DNA of 64,000 bases from Azolla caroliniana (lineage: Eukaryota; Plantae; Polypodiophyta): positions 14,260,001 to 14,324,000 of the forward strand of contig JBHGNT010000003.1 in assembly GCA_043228905.1 (NCBI GenBank). Direction: 5' to 3'. Of the stretch, positions 11,854-23,863 are shown one piece after another; positions within the stretch are counted from its first letter, which is position 1, and every line of letters starts with the position of its first letter. The notes beneath the pieces are model-generated. The model ran no database searches and had not been told where the DNA came from. It saw only the letters and a program-made list of their open reading frames with translations. A program made the position numbers and the translations under genes.

Positions 11854-14020
11854 ATTCATAGCATTGAAGATAAAGTTAAATTATATGTTGCATCGGTAGA
11901 TGGCACAACTATAATAGAAGATTTCAAAGGAAATAAATTCCGAAAAATAGAAAAAGAATTACAAGGTAGAGGCATGATAGATTCAGAAGTAAAATTAGCA
12001 AATATATTTGAAGAATATTGTTTTGAAGATATAGTAGGAGAGTTGGAGTCTCTAATGACGGAAGATGATGAAGTTGAAGTTATGGTAAATTCCATTGAGA
12101 TGCTCAAAACCATCAAGGAGTATCTTCAAAATGAAGACACTCGAATAAACACAATGTACAAAACGGTGGAGAAGAAGGTCCGGCCAGTAGCAACACCGCT
12201 TCCAAAAGACAGTGAAAAGATAATGAAGGTGTTAAGAATTAGGTAAGTAATTAAGGGTTAATTAGTACCTAATTATGTGATTAAGTTAAGTGCAGAAGAT
12301 TATGTGATATGTGTGTATATGTGTGTGAGAGGAAGAGAGGAGAGATACACTTATGAACAACACAAGATGGGGGATGAGTAACTATATTAAATTAGCTTTA
12401 TCATCATCAAATACAAAAATACCTACAATGAGGTATATATACATCTCATGTGCAAGGATGCACATGTGTGAGGATGATAGAGGTACAAAAGTGTAAGTCC
12501 TATATTAAATGTACTTAGGAGTGGAGGATCTAGAATATCCCACTTAAGTACAAGGTCCTATTTAAGGCGTTATAGTCAACACTTCTAACTAGATTCTATC
12601 TAGGTAACTACGAAGTTACATGGTTGACTAACTAACGAAACTAAGTTGAGCTTGATCTCTCAACACGCCCCCTCAAGCTCAAGTGTGAGGCGTCCGACAT
12701 TCGGCGTTGTTTTCGGCATTGTCCGGCTTTCGATGTCGGCTTCTGTGTGGCTTCCGTCTGGCCTTCGGCTTTCTTCGCTGTGGCAATCTCGGGTCCTCCC
12801 CCTCAAGCCGGTGACGAAGGCTTGTAGTGTGTGGGCGAAGGCCGACTACTTCCACCCATCGTGGGCGATGAGCCGCTTTGGTGGAGCTCTTGGGCTCTTG
12901 TTCGGCCGCTACCTTCATCGCGAAGGCATAGTGATGGGCCATATGCTTGTTGTAGCCGAGCCGCGTGACGGGGTTCTTAGCTCTAGATGAGCGTCGAAGT
13001 TTTTCGCTCGCCGATGTGAGCGCCTTCTTTACTCTGGGTGTCCGCATGATGGGTACACCAAACTCACTATCTAGTGAGGGAGCCGATCCATCGGAATCAT
13101 TGTCGTCGGGGTGATCGACTTCGTATTCGGGCATCTTACCTTTGCCTTTGTCCAAGTTCGTACTTGGCCACGACGTGCTTGGGTCGCGTGGGGGCTCTTG
13201 TGGCCCACTAGGCTTTGTCGTAATCGAACTTTCTTCGAACATGTGTTCGAAGCGATCTCCATCTTCTACCTCTTGTTCGGTGGATTCCGGGTTGAGCGGA
13301 GTCGGAGTCGAAGTTATCTCCGGTGCATACCAAGATGCGGACTCATTGAAGACTACGTTGTCGTGAAGAAAACCGGCCATAGGCGGAATCGGAGAGAAAG
13401 CGCGTAAACCGACCCCTACACGGATGGACGCGTGACTGGATACTTTGTACACGAACCGGTGGATGTGACTACTAAGCCACACGCATTTATTAGAAGGGGA
13501 TTGTGCGTATCCCAGAGAGGGGACAAGGAATAAAGGGAAGAGGAGAAGAGAAAAGAAAAGATCGCGCGTTGGGGGAGGAAGGAGGGCTGCTGCAGAACGG
13601 AAGGAGGAGCTCTCTCTCTTCGTCTCGGATCGTCGCACGCTCTGCGGGTGTCGGGAGGTCGCTGCCTCTGCTTCGTGGACAGCCCGAGTGCTTCTAGCAG
13701 AGTCGCTCCCTTTTCCCCTTTGTTTCTTTGAGTCGTGTGACTGTCGTCGGAGTGCGTCAGTAGGGTCCCTGTGTCGGGTCCGTCGCTGCTTTGCCGGTTG
13801 TAACTGTCGGAGTTTGTAGTCTCTTGCCATTATAATTAAGTGTTACGTTCTATATCTCTCTTTCTCGCTTCTACGTGTCGGTGAATCTCTCTCTCTGTTT
13901 CTCTCTCTCTCGCTCCTCGGTCCAAGATCCCCGTGGTCCCGCCCCTTTCTACACGTACGCGCGTAACAACGCGACATCTTTGGTGAACCCGACGTGAACG
14001 GGCAGCAAAGGAGTCGAAAG

Positions 14021-16153
14021 ATGAGGGGATCGGAGCTAGCAGAGGCAATGGCGGTGGCCGTCGACCGGCTGGTGAGCACTTGTGAGGGAACGGGTACCCT
14101 CGACAGAGCCATTGAATCGATTGTCGGCTCTATAGGCCGTTTCGGAGGGAAAGACGCCACAAGTTATTTGGAGGCTTACCGGGCCGAAATGATCATGAGG
14201 GATATCCCGGTGGATAGGCGGCTGTCCGGATTCCCTCGGGTGGTGACGCTGGGCATCCATGCGGAGGTGCTCGAGGTGCTGGCCGGATGCCAGACTTGGG
14301 AGGAGTTCGAGCTGCAACTCCTTGAGAAGTACGGGTTTGACGACTCGCTCCGGCTGTCGAGGCGGGACTTCATGGCGTGGGTGGAAAGCCCCAGAAAAGG
14401 GAGGAACATGTCGGTGCTCCTCCAGGAGTTCGAAAAACGGTTCGCGTGGCTGTCGACGCTGGACCGGACGGTGCTCGAAACAAGTCGAGTACTGCTGTTT
14501 GTCAAGTCGGTGGATGTGCTCGATAGGGAAAAGGTGGGACCCCTATCCGAAACGGACGAAGGGTTCACGACGGACTAGGCCGTGGTAAAACGGGTCTGCA
14601 GCCGTTTCGACAAACGACGCGATTGGAGCGACGGAAGCACGTCGGGGTCGGGGCCGGTCCCGGGGAGGAGGCTCGAGGAGCTGGTTTCGGTGCCGGCTGG
14701 GAGGAAGGAAGAGACCCGAATCTGGCCGGAGTCGGGGTCGGCATCGAACGACGTGGTCAGAGGCCCATCCGGAGGAGCGGCTCTGGAGGAGCTAACACAG
14801 ATGGTGCGTGACCTGCAGATCGCACAGACCCGAAGAGACAGCGGTGAACAACCTCGCGACCGGAGGTCGCCGGCTGGGCAGCGGTGCATGTGGTGTGACG
14901 CGATCGGTCACATTCGGAAGGACTGCGCAGATTTTGTCGACGCGCTCAGGACCAACGTGGTGTACCTCTGGAACAGGCGGGTGCACGCGAGCGAGACCCA
15001 GAGAGCCCTGGAACTGAATACGGGGCGCGGAGGAATGAAGAGGTTGATGGAAGAGGCCGCGACACGGCACGTCGAAGCTGTTAACTACTCAGTGTCGGCG
15101 GGAATTCGGGTCGGGGGTGATGAGACCCGGAAGGCGAAGGACTCCGGATTTTGGTTGCTAGTGCTAGAAGGCCTCTCCGGAGTTCGGCTGAGGAAGGAAG
15201 AGGCAGACCGCGCGAAACAACGGGTCCAGGAGGTCACCGGTTGGGACGATTCGGTCGAAGAGAAAATGGGCTTCGTAGAAGCCGCTTGCCAGAACTACGA
15301 GGTTCTGGTGGAGGACAAACGGGCAGGAAAGGCCGGAGGGGTAGGCCCCCCGAGGTATGAGACCCGGTTCGGACCGAAACCGACAGGTGCCGGCAACCCA
15401 GGCGTGCCAAATGGGAAGAAGCAGGCGGGGTTTCGGTTGAGCACCGAAATCGAGAGAGCAACGGACCTACGGAAGGTCCTTGAAGAGCGAATCCTCGACA
15501 GTAAAGTGGAGCTGTCATTGCGGGAGGTGTTGGGGATCGCCAAGAGGGAGTTCGACGACTCTATCGTAGACTTGGTGAAGCGGAAGAGGCTCTCGACGGA
15601 GCCGGAACCGGAGAAGCCGGTGGAAGTGCGGACCACGCACCTGGAAGATGGAGCCTTGGAAGATGAGCTGGCGAGAAGCCACTACACGAAGCCGCATTGG
15701 GCCAGGGCGATTACGGAAACCCCTGTACGGATCGGCAACGTTCTAGAACCGGTGGTGGCATTGGTAGACCATGGATCCGAAATCAACCTGATGTCCATGG
15801 ATTTCTACAAGAAGGGTAAATGGCCGATCAACACCAAGCATGGCTGGAAGATACGGGCAGCGACGCGCGCCACGAAAGAACTACATGGGGCCTGTCTGAA
15901 CGTATGGGTGAAAATTGGCGATGTCGAGATTGACCAGCACTTCTTCGTGTAGGAGACGTCCTCGCATCCGGTTATACTAGGAGAGCCATATATCACGACA
16001 GCACGGATGGAGACCAAGGTGCTGGACAACGGTTCAGCCTATGCAAGAGTCAAAAGCCAGGACGGGCGTCACTCGGTCCAGTTCCTAACGGTGCGACCAA
16101 ACCACGAGCGTAACCGCGAGGCCCTCAGCAGCGAAACCCAAGGGGATTTTTAG
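14021..16153 (+). pseudogene. D ORF1: gag (CCHC) and aspartic protease, premature stops at 14576 and 15950
   Basis: CMWCDAIGHIRKDC knuckle; protease ALVDHGSEINLM; ends ...NHERNREALSSETQGDF* in the same frame. Confidence 0.85.
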
Positions 16154-16209
16154 AGAGAGCTATCAAGGCGTGGGGCCGCGATAGTTCGGATTCCCGGGAA
16201 CAACCCCAC
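16144..16209 (+). promoter_or_regulatory. Candidate -1 ribosomal frameshift signal of D (slippery heptamer and pseudoknot)
   Basis: G GAT TTT (16144-16150) then TAG; 6-nt spacer; stem GAGCTATC 16157-16164 / GATAGTTC 16180-16187; loop GTGGGG 16170-16175 complementary to CCCCAC 16204-16209. Confidence 0.7.
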
Positions 16210-19200
16210 CAATGTACAGTACGAAAGAAGACTTGTACCATGGGTAGGAAGTTTTGGTTCTCCGACAACAGAGGTTGTACTATGACCGGCGTCAACGGCC
16301 GGGAGAGGAAGCGAGCGGAGGAGCAGCTCAGGGGATGCGGAGTCCTCTTCCCCGACGAGGACATCAGCGGCGCCGTGGAGGCGGTCTCTTTTGACGACAC
16401 CTTGGGCGAACTACGAAAGGTGATCGGTGAAGACCTTAGGGAAGACTGGACCGTTCCGGTAGGGTCGATGGGAATGTATGAGGTCATCGCAGACTTCGGG
16501 GAAAGGATCGGGTCAGATCGGACGGCCCGCGTGGATACGAAATACAAGACTGTGGACTAGAAGGTGAGGCCAATCGCGGCACCCTTGCCGGAGGGCAGCG
16601 AGGAGCGGATAAAAGGGGTCCCGTCGGACCCAAGTTTACGAAATCCGGCTGGCATAGGGCACCGGTTCACTGACATAACACTACGGGAGCTCAAGGTCGG
16701 TGGGGGCGGCTTCCTACTGCCGGCGAAGGAGGACCGGTTTCGGAGAATGCTCGGGAGGCACGGGAACACTTTCGCATTCTCACCGGAGGAGATCGGGTGC
16801 GTAGACCCGACAGTTGTCGAACCGATGGTGATCTTCACGGTACCGCATGTACCGTGGAATCTCAAGCTGATTCCGGTGCCAAGAGCTCACATCCCGAAGT
16901 TGATGGAGCTCCTAAAGCAAAAGGTGGAGATGGGCATCCTCGAACCGTCGAGTGCCCCGTATTCGAATCAGTGGTTTACGGTGCCGAAGTAGAACGGCAC
17001 GATACACTTCATCCAGGACCTACAACCGGTCAACAAGGTGACCATCCGTAATGCAGGGATCGGACCGACCATAGACGAGTTCGCGGAGGCCTTGGCTGGA
17101 AGGTCGATCTATTCTGTCGGTGATCTGTACTCAGGGTACGATCAGTTCCAACTAGCCGTGGAATCTCAAGCCGATTCCGGTGCCAAGAGCTCACATCCCG
17201 AAGTTGAGTGCCCCGTATTCGAATCGGTGGTTTACGGTGCCGAAGAAGAACGGCACGATGCACTTCATCCAGGACCTACAACCGGTCAACAAGGTGACCA
17301 TCCGTAATGCAGGGATCGGACCGACCATAGACGAGTTCGTGGAGGCCTTCGCTGGAAGGTCGATCTATTCTGTTGGTGATCTGTACTCAGGGTACGATCA
17401 GTTCCAACTAGCCGTGGAGAGCAGAGACATTACGACGATGCGGACTCCTCTCGGCCTAGTGCGGATGTGTACCCTGCCACAAGGAGGGACGAACTCAGTG
17501 GCTCACATGGTGAACGCGATGAACAAGGTGCTCAGGGATTGTATCCCGGACATCACCATGTCGTTCTTAGACGACATCCTGATCAAGGGATGCCCAGTGG
17601 AGAAAAGGGACGAGGGAATCGGGCCGGATGGATGTCAGAATTTCGTGGCGTCCCACATCGATGATTGCGAGAAGGTGCTGCAGAGACTGGAGCGCATGAG
17701 GCTCACCTTCTCCGGGGAAAAGTCGGCCTTCGGACAGTCGGAGATCTTGGTGGTCGGGCACCTATGTGGGCCTTACGGTAGGAAACCGTCTCCGGCAAAG
17801 GTAGAGGCCATCTTCGCGATGAGGAATGTTTGCGGGTCGGTCACGGAGGTCCGCAGATTCTTGGGGGCATGCGCGTTCTACCACATCTGGATCCCGCACT
17901 ACGCACATGTCGCGGAACCCCTCTACGAACTATTGAAAAAGGGGCGTAGCTTTTAGTGGAGGACGGAGCACACGGAGTCGGTTCGGAGACTAAAGGAGGT
18001 GCTTGCAGCATCGCCGGCTCTCCGTAAAGCGGTTTACGGCAAGGATGTTCCCATCTGCGTAACGGTGGACACCAGCCCGACCGGGATCGGGTGGGTAATC
18101 AGTCAGGAGGACAAGTGCGGCGTACGATTCCCGATCCGGTTCGGGGCGAAGGTATTGAGTGAGCGGCAGCGAGGGTACGCCCAAGTTAAGCGCGAACTTT
18201 GGGGTGTCGTTTCGGCAGTCAAGGCTGACAAGGATTATCTGATCGGGACGAAGGTGATTATCGAGACGGACTGCCTACCGATACTCAGCATGGTTTCCGG
18301 ATGCGCGACGCCGGACCTAGCCATGCTCCGGTGGATAGCGTACATTAAGTCCCTGAACCTGGAGATACGGCACATCTCTGGAAAGGACAACGCCATGGCC
18401 GACATGCTTTCGAGGGCAAGCTTCAACGACGAAGACGGCATGGTTTCGGAAGACGAAGAAGTCGGTGAGGACTTCTTCGGGTCGGCTAATGTAACGATGA
18501 GAAAAGGGAACACTCCGGCGCTTAACGAATTTGTCGAGAGCAGGTACGACGGGGAGTGGCTCCAAATCGGGAGGTTCCTATGGACGATGACGCCGGACGC
18601 AACATGGGCGAGAGAGGAGGCGAGCCGGATACGGAGGAAGGCGTACCGATTCTTCCTGCGGGACGGGTGCATATGGAGGCACCCAAAGAAGAGAAGCAGC
18701 ATTCTACTCCGAGTAGTGGCAAGGAAAGAAGAACAGGGGAAGGTACTGGCGGCATTTCACGAGAGCCCCTGGGCCGGACACCGTGGAACGTGGGCCACTT
18801 TCGAGAAGCTGTAGGAGAAGTACTGGTGGCCAAGGCTATACCAGGACGTGCATCGGTTCGTAACGACTTGCGAAAGCTGTCAGATGCACTCCGTAGTCCA
18901 ACACCGGGACGAGCTACACTCGACCTACCCGCCTACGGTCCATTTCAAGTGGATGGTGGACTTGGTGACGATGCCGATGGGGGTAGGACAGATGCGATAC
19001 CTAGTGCTTGCACGGGAAGACTTAACAAACCAGGTGGAAGGTCGGTTCCTGATCGAAGAAGTAGTGTGTCGGTATGGGTGCGTCAGGAGGATCGTGGCGG
19101 ACCGGGGAGAGCTGGATGCGCGGGAGGCCGAGGAGCTATTCGACCGGCTAGGCGTCAAACTCTCCCTCACCACGGCATACAATCCAGAGGCGAACGGAAA

Positions 19201-19719
19201 GGTGGAACGTGGGCACAGACCGATTGTAAAGGCGTTGGTGTGTGCATGCGGTGGGCAGGTCAGGAATTGGCCGCGACTCCTTCCTTACGCACTATGGGCG
19301 GACCGGACTACGCACAGTTCGGTGACAGGGTTTATGCCGGCGAAACTAATCTAAGGACAAAAGCCGATCATGACGATGGAACAAACGGTTTCTTCGTGGG
19401 CGGTGGTAGATTGGAAGGACGAAATGAGCCGGGAGGAGTTGCTGGCGGCGCGGATACGGCAACTTGAGCGGAGGCCGGAGGACGTGATACAGGCGAAGGA
19501 AAAGCTGCGAGCGGTGAGGGAGCGGAACAAGACCCGGTTCAACCGGACGCACCAGTTGCGACCAAAGAAGATCGAGGAAGGCGACTGGGTCTTGGTATAC
19601 GACAGCAGCCTCGACAATCAGCACAAGGCGGTGCGAAATTTTGCCAGGAGATGGTTCGGGCCCTACATGGTGACGAGCGCGAACGGCAACGGCACGTACC
19701 ACCTCATGGAACTCGACGG

Positions 19720-22700
19720 TGTCGTGCCTTTCGGCTCCGGATCGTTGCGTGAGTCGGGTGGGAACCACAGAGGTCTTGGACTAGGAGAAAGAAGTTCGTG
19801 AGATAGAGATTAATTATGAGTAAATAGCAAAGAGAAAGATAAGAAACTCGTGAATCACACGAGTATACTATATTAATTGGTACTTAGGGTGTTAAGAGAG
19901 AAGTAGATGTATAAATCGTGAATCCCACGAATAATTTTTGTATTGATTAATACTTAATCCAAATAATCAACAACCCTTTATATATTTCTCTCCTCCTTAT
20001 ATAAGGAAGGAAGAGCTAAGCATGGCTTCATGCTTTTTTTTTACAAAAAGTGTTCATGTCCACTAAATGTGCATGTGATGCTTTTTTATTTCCTAAGCAT
20101 AGGGCTCATGCACACTAGATGTGCATGAGTTATTTTTAGTGTCTCGTGTTTTTTTTTTTTTTTTTTTTTTTTTCATATATTAAAAAAATACACGATTTAC
20201 CTTTTAATAAAGGTATGCATAAATAAAGGTCTTATACGTATTAAATCTATATTTAAAACACTTAAGATAAGTTAATGTAATGGTAAGGTTGGGGTTTGTC
20301 AACGTGGAGGTGCAGAGTTTGAATCACGCCCTGCGCAGTAGTGAGTATTTCCGTTTTTTTTACATTTATGTCTCTTTATCCGGCTCTTCCTTGCCGGTAT
20401 GCCGTTTTCTTCCTTGCCGGTATGCCGTTTTCCTCCTTGCCGGTATGCCGTTTTCTTCCGGTTCTCACCGAGCACTCCATTTTCTATCCGGAGGGACAAA
20501 AATATAATTTCCACATAGTGTGCAACCTACACTACGACACTCGCCCCCTCCAAACCCGCACATCCTCCGGTATGTGCCGAAGTTCTTGATTCTTCGTATC
20601 CGTCTTCATTCGAAGCTTCCTCCGATTCTCCCCTTATGTCGACTATGAGTTGTAATCCACTTTCTTCGCTTCCCGCATCATTGTGGTCTTCGTCCGATTG
20701 CTCCTCATTGTCGGCCTCGACTTGGATCACATAAGGTTTGTCGTCGGTCCGCTTCTTGAAAATCTTCACCCGCTTCCCGGCTATAGGCACTCGTAGTATT
20801 GTTCCATCCAACTCGGACAGTCGGTACGTCCCGTTGTCGAAGACCTTCCGAACCTCGTACGGCCCGAACCACCTTTTCGCGAATTTCCGCATCGTTGTAT
20901 GTTGATGGTCCAAGCTACTATCATAGACGATCACCCAATCTCCTTCTTCAATCCTCCTCGGTCGTAGTCGGTGCTTTGTGTCGAACCGGCTTTTGTTCCG
21001 GAACCGTGCTTCTTGTTGTCGGCGTGACGCTTCCGCTACATCTTTCGGTCTTCCCTCCAGTTGTCGTATCCAGACCGCTAGTAGTTCTTCCCGGCTCATC
21101 TCTTCCTTCCACGGTAGTATTGTCCATGTCGCGATTGCGGTTTCCGTTGGCATTACCGGTGCTTGTCCGGTCATGAGTTCTGCCGGCATGTAACCGGTCA
21201 CGGAGCTATGCGTCGTCCGATCCGCCCATAGTGCATACGGAAGCATTTGTGGCCAATCCTTCACCCTTCCGTCGCATGCCTTCGCAAGTGCTTTCACGAT
21301 CGGACTATGTCCTCGTTCGATCTTCCCGTTGGCCTCCGGATTGTAGGCCGTTGTCAACGTTAACCGAACTCCATGTTTGGCGAAGAATCCCCTAGCTTTG
21401 TCCGAGTCGAGTTCTCCCCGGTCCGCAATCACTTGTCCTACGCAGCCGTACCTACAAAACACTTCTTCCAAAAGAAATTGGCACACCGCGGCACACGTTT
21501 TCCTCCGAAGCGCTCGACCTTCAACTTGGTTTGTGAGATCTTCTCGAGCTAACACCAAGTATTTCTTTTGTCCAATCCCGGTCGGCATAGCTACAATGTC
21601 GACCATCCACTTGAAGTTGATTGTCGGTGAGAATGTCGGATGCAGCTCATCTCGGTGTCGGACCCCGGAGTAGACTTGACATTTCTCGCAGCTTTCTGTG
21701 AACTCCGCGACATCTTTATACATGTTCTTCCACCAATATCTTTGCTTGATTTTCACAAAAGTTGCCCATGTTCCTCGATGTCCAGCCCAATCGGATTCGT
21801 GGAACTCGGACATTATCCGGTTTCGTTGCTCTTTCGTCCCGACTACTCGAAGTGGTATCCCATCCGGTCTTTTCGGCGTCCTCCATATTAAACCGTTTTC
21901 CAAGAAGAACTTTTGGACTTGCCTCTTCTTCCTTCGGATCTCGGCTCTCCTTTCTTTATCATTGGTTGAATCCTCGACCTCTTGTAGCATCTTCCCGATC
22001 ATCAAGGTTTGCCCCTCGTATTCTTCTTCCCGGAATTCTCGGATCACGTTCACTCGGCATATGTGTTCTGACGTGAAGTAGTCTTCGGAAACTTCTTCAT
22101 TATCTGATTCGGTTATGTCGTCTTCAAACCGCGCCCTCGATAACATGTCCGCTACCGCGTTGTCCTTCCCCGAGATGTGTCGAACCTCCGGATTAAGTGA
22201 CTTGACATATGCAATCCACCTTAGCATAGCCACATCCGGTATCGTACAACACCGCATCATCCCGAGTATCGGAAGACAATCCGTCTCGATCACCACTTCA
22301 GCTCCGATCAAATAATCCCGATCCGATTTTATCGCCGACACGACTCCCCACAATTCTCTTTTGACTTGTGCATATCCGCGTTGCCTTTCGTTGAGGACCT
22401 TTGCTCCAAATCGGATCGGATACCGCGAACCATCCGAGTCGGCTTGATTGATGACCCACCCGATACCGGTTGGACTTGTATCAACCGTTACTATGATTGG
22501 CCGCTCGTAGCTTGGCTTCTTAAGTGATTCCGCCCTCCATAGTGTCTTCTTGAGCTTCCTCATGGCTTTAGTGTGTTCCGGTTTCCACTCGAATTTCTTA
22601 CCTTTCCGCAACAAGTGATAGAGCGGGTCCGCTATATGTGCATAGTGCGGAATCCATATGTGATAGAATGCACACGCACCCAGAAACCTTTGGACTTCCG

Positions 22701-23863
22701 ATGTTGACTCACATACTTCCTTCATAGCTTGAATCACATCGATCTTTGTTGGTGACTGTCTTCGGCCGTAGGGTCCACATAGATGTCCGACCACCAATAT
22801 TTCTTCTTGCTCGAATGCTGATTTCTCCCCGGAAAGTGTTAGGTGCACATCTTCTAGCTTTCGCAACACTTTCTCGCAATCATGAATATGGTCGACCATG
22901 AGCTTTCGGCATCCCCGATCATCCATAGTCTCATCTTTTTCTTCCACCGCGCATCCTTTCATCGGAATGTCATCTAGAAACGGCATCGTTATCTCCGGGA
23001 TGCAATCTCGAAGCACCTTGTTCACGTCGGGTTCACCAACTGTGTCGTGCCTTTCGGCTCCGGATCGTTGCGTGAGTCGGGTGGGAACCACAGAGGTCTT
23101 GGACTAGGAGAAAGAAGTTCGTGAGATAGAGATTAATTATGAGTAAATAGCAAAGAGAAAGATAAGAAACTCGTGAATCACACGAGTATACTATATTAAT
23201 TGGTACTTAGGGTGTTAAGAGAGAAGTAGATGTATAAATCGTGAATCCCACGAATAATTTTTGTATTGATTAATACTTAATCCAAATAATCAACAACCCT
23301 TTATATATTTCTCTCCTCCCTATATAAGGAAGGAAGAGCTAAGCATGGCTTCATGCTTTTTTTTTTACAAAAAGTGTTCATGTCCACTAAATGTGCATGT
23401 GATGCTTTTTTATTTCCTAAGTATAGGGCTCATGCACGCTAGATGTGCATGAGTTATTTTTAGTGTCTCGTGTTTTTTTTTTTTTCTTTTTCTTTTTCAT
23501 ATATTAAAAAAATACACGATTTACCTTTTAATAAAGGTATGCATAAATAAAGGTCTTATATGTATTAAATCTATATTTAAAACACTTAAGATAAGTTAAT
23601 GTAATGGTAAGGTTGGGGTTTGTCAACGTGGAGGTGCAGAGTTTGAATCACGCCCTGCGCAGTAGTGAGTATTTCCTTTTTTTTTACATTTATGTCTCTT
23701 TATCCGGCTCTTCCTTGCCGGTATGCCGTTTTCTTCCTTGCCGGTATGCCGTTTTCCTCCTTGCCGGTATGCCGTTTTCTTCCGGTTCTCACCGAGCACT
23801 CCATTCTCTATCCGGAGGGACAAAAATATAATTTCCACATAGTGTGCAACCTACACTACGACA
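19720..23863 (-). mobile_element. Gypsy element E, internally deleted relative of D
   Basis: LTRs 19720-20539 and 23043-23863 (about 1% divergent by eye, each with three copies of ttccttgccggtatgccgttttc); 4-bp TSD ACGG (19716-19719, 23864-23867), whose removal restores ELDGTRL; PBS reverse complement TTCACGTCGGGTTCACCA 23021-23038; PPT 20540-20551. Confidence 0.95.
20527..22986 (-). CDS. E: uninterrupted ORF encoding C-terminal half of RT, RNase H and integrase (819 aa from first ATG)
   Basis: MPFLDD..., VDTSPTGIGW, HESDWAGHRG..CEKC, WMVDIV, YNPEANG, RWFGPY; no stops. The listed ORF start at 23091 is a GTG inside the LTR. Confidence 0.7.
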   Translation of the reverse strand: MPFLDDIPMKGCAVEEKDETMDDRGCRKLMVDHIHDCEKVLRKLEDVHLTLSGEKSAFEQEEILVVGHLCGPYGRRQSPTKIDVIQAMKEVCESTSEVQRFLGACAFYHIWIPHYAHIADPLYHLLRKGKKFEWKPEHTKAMRKLKKTLWRAESLKKPSYERPIIVTVDTSPTGIGWVINQADSDGSRYPIRFGAKVLNERQRGYAQVKRELWGVVSAIKSDRDYLIGAEVVIETDCLPILGMMRCCTIPDVAMLRWIAYVKSLNPEVRHISGKDNAVADMLSRARFEDDITESDNEEVSEDYFTSEHICRVNVIREFREEEYEGQTLMIGKMLQEVEDSTNDKERRAEIRRKKRQVQKFFLENGLIWRTPKRPDGIPLRVVGTKEQRNRIMSEFHESDWAGHRGTWATFVKIKQRYWWKNMYKDVAEFTESCEKCQVYSGVRHRDELHPTFSPTINFKWMVDIVAMPTGIGQKKYLVLAREDLTNQVEGRALRRKTCAAVCQFLLEEVFCRYGCVGQVIADRGELDSDKARGFFAKHGVRLTLTTAYNPEANGKIERGHSPIVKALAKACDGRVKDWPQMLPYALWADRTTHSSVTGYMPAELMTGQAPVMPTETAIATWTILPWKEEMSREELLAVWIRQLEGRPKDVAEASRRQQEARFRNKSRFDTKHRLRPRRIEEGDWVIVYDSSLDHQHTTMRKFAKRWFGPYEVRKVFDNGTYRLSELDGTILRVPIAGKRVKIFKKRTDDKPYVIQVEADNEEQSDEDHNDAGSEESGLQLIVDIRGESEEASNEDGYEESRTSAHTGGCAGLEGASVVV

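Noticed and set aside
12679-13830. 383-aa minus-strand ORF (and its partial twin 24026-24547) as a novel gene
   Set aside because: Chimera of the antisense D LTR and the INT-RT linker of C, crossing the insertion junction at 13359.
18556-19467. 303-aa overlapping ORF in D
   Set aside because: Alternative frame of GC-rich integrase sequence with low-complexity G/R content; not evident in E or G1.
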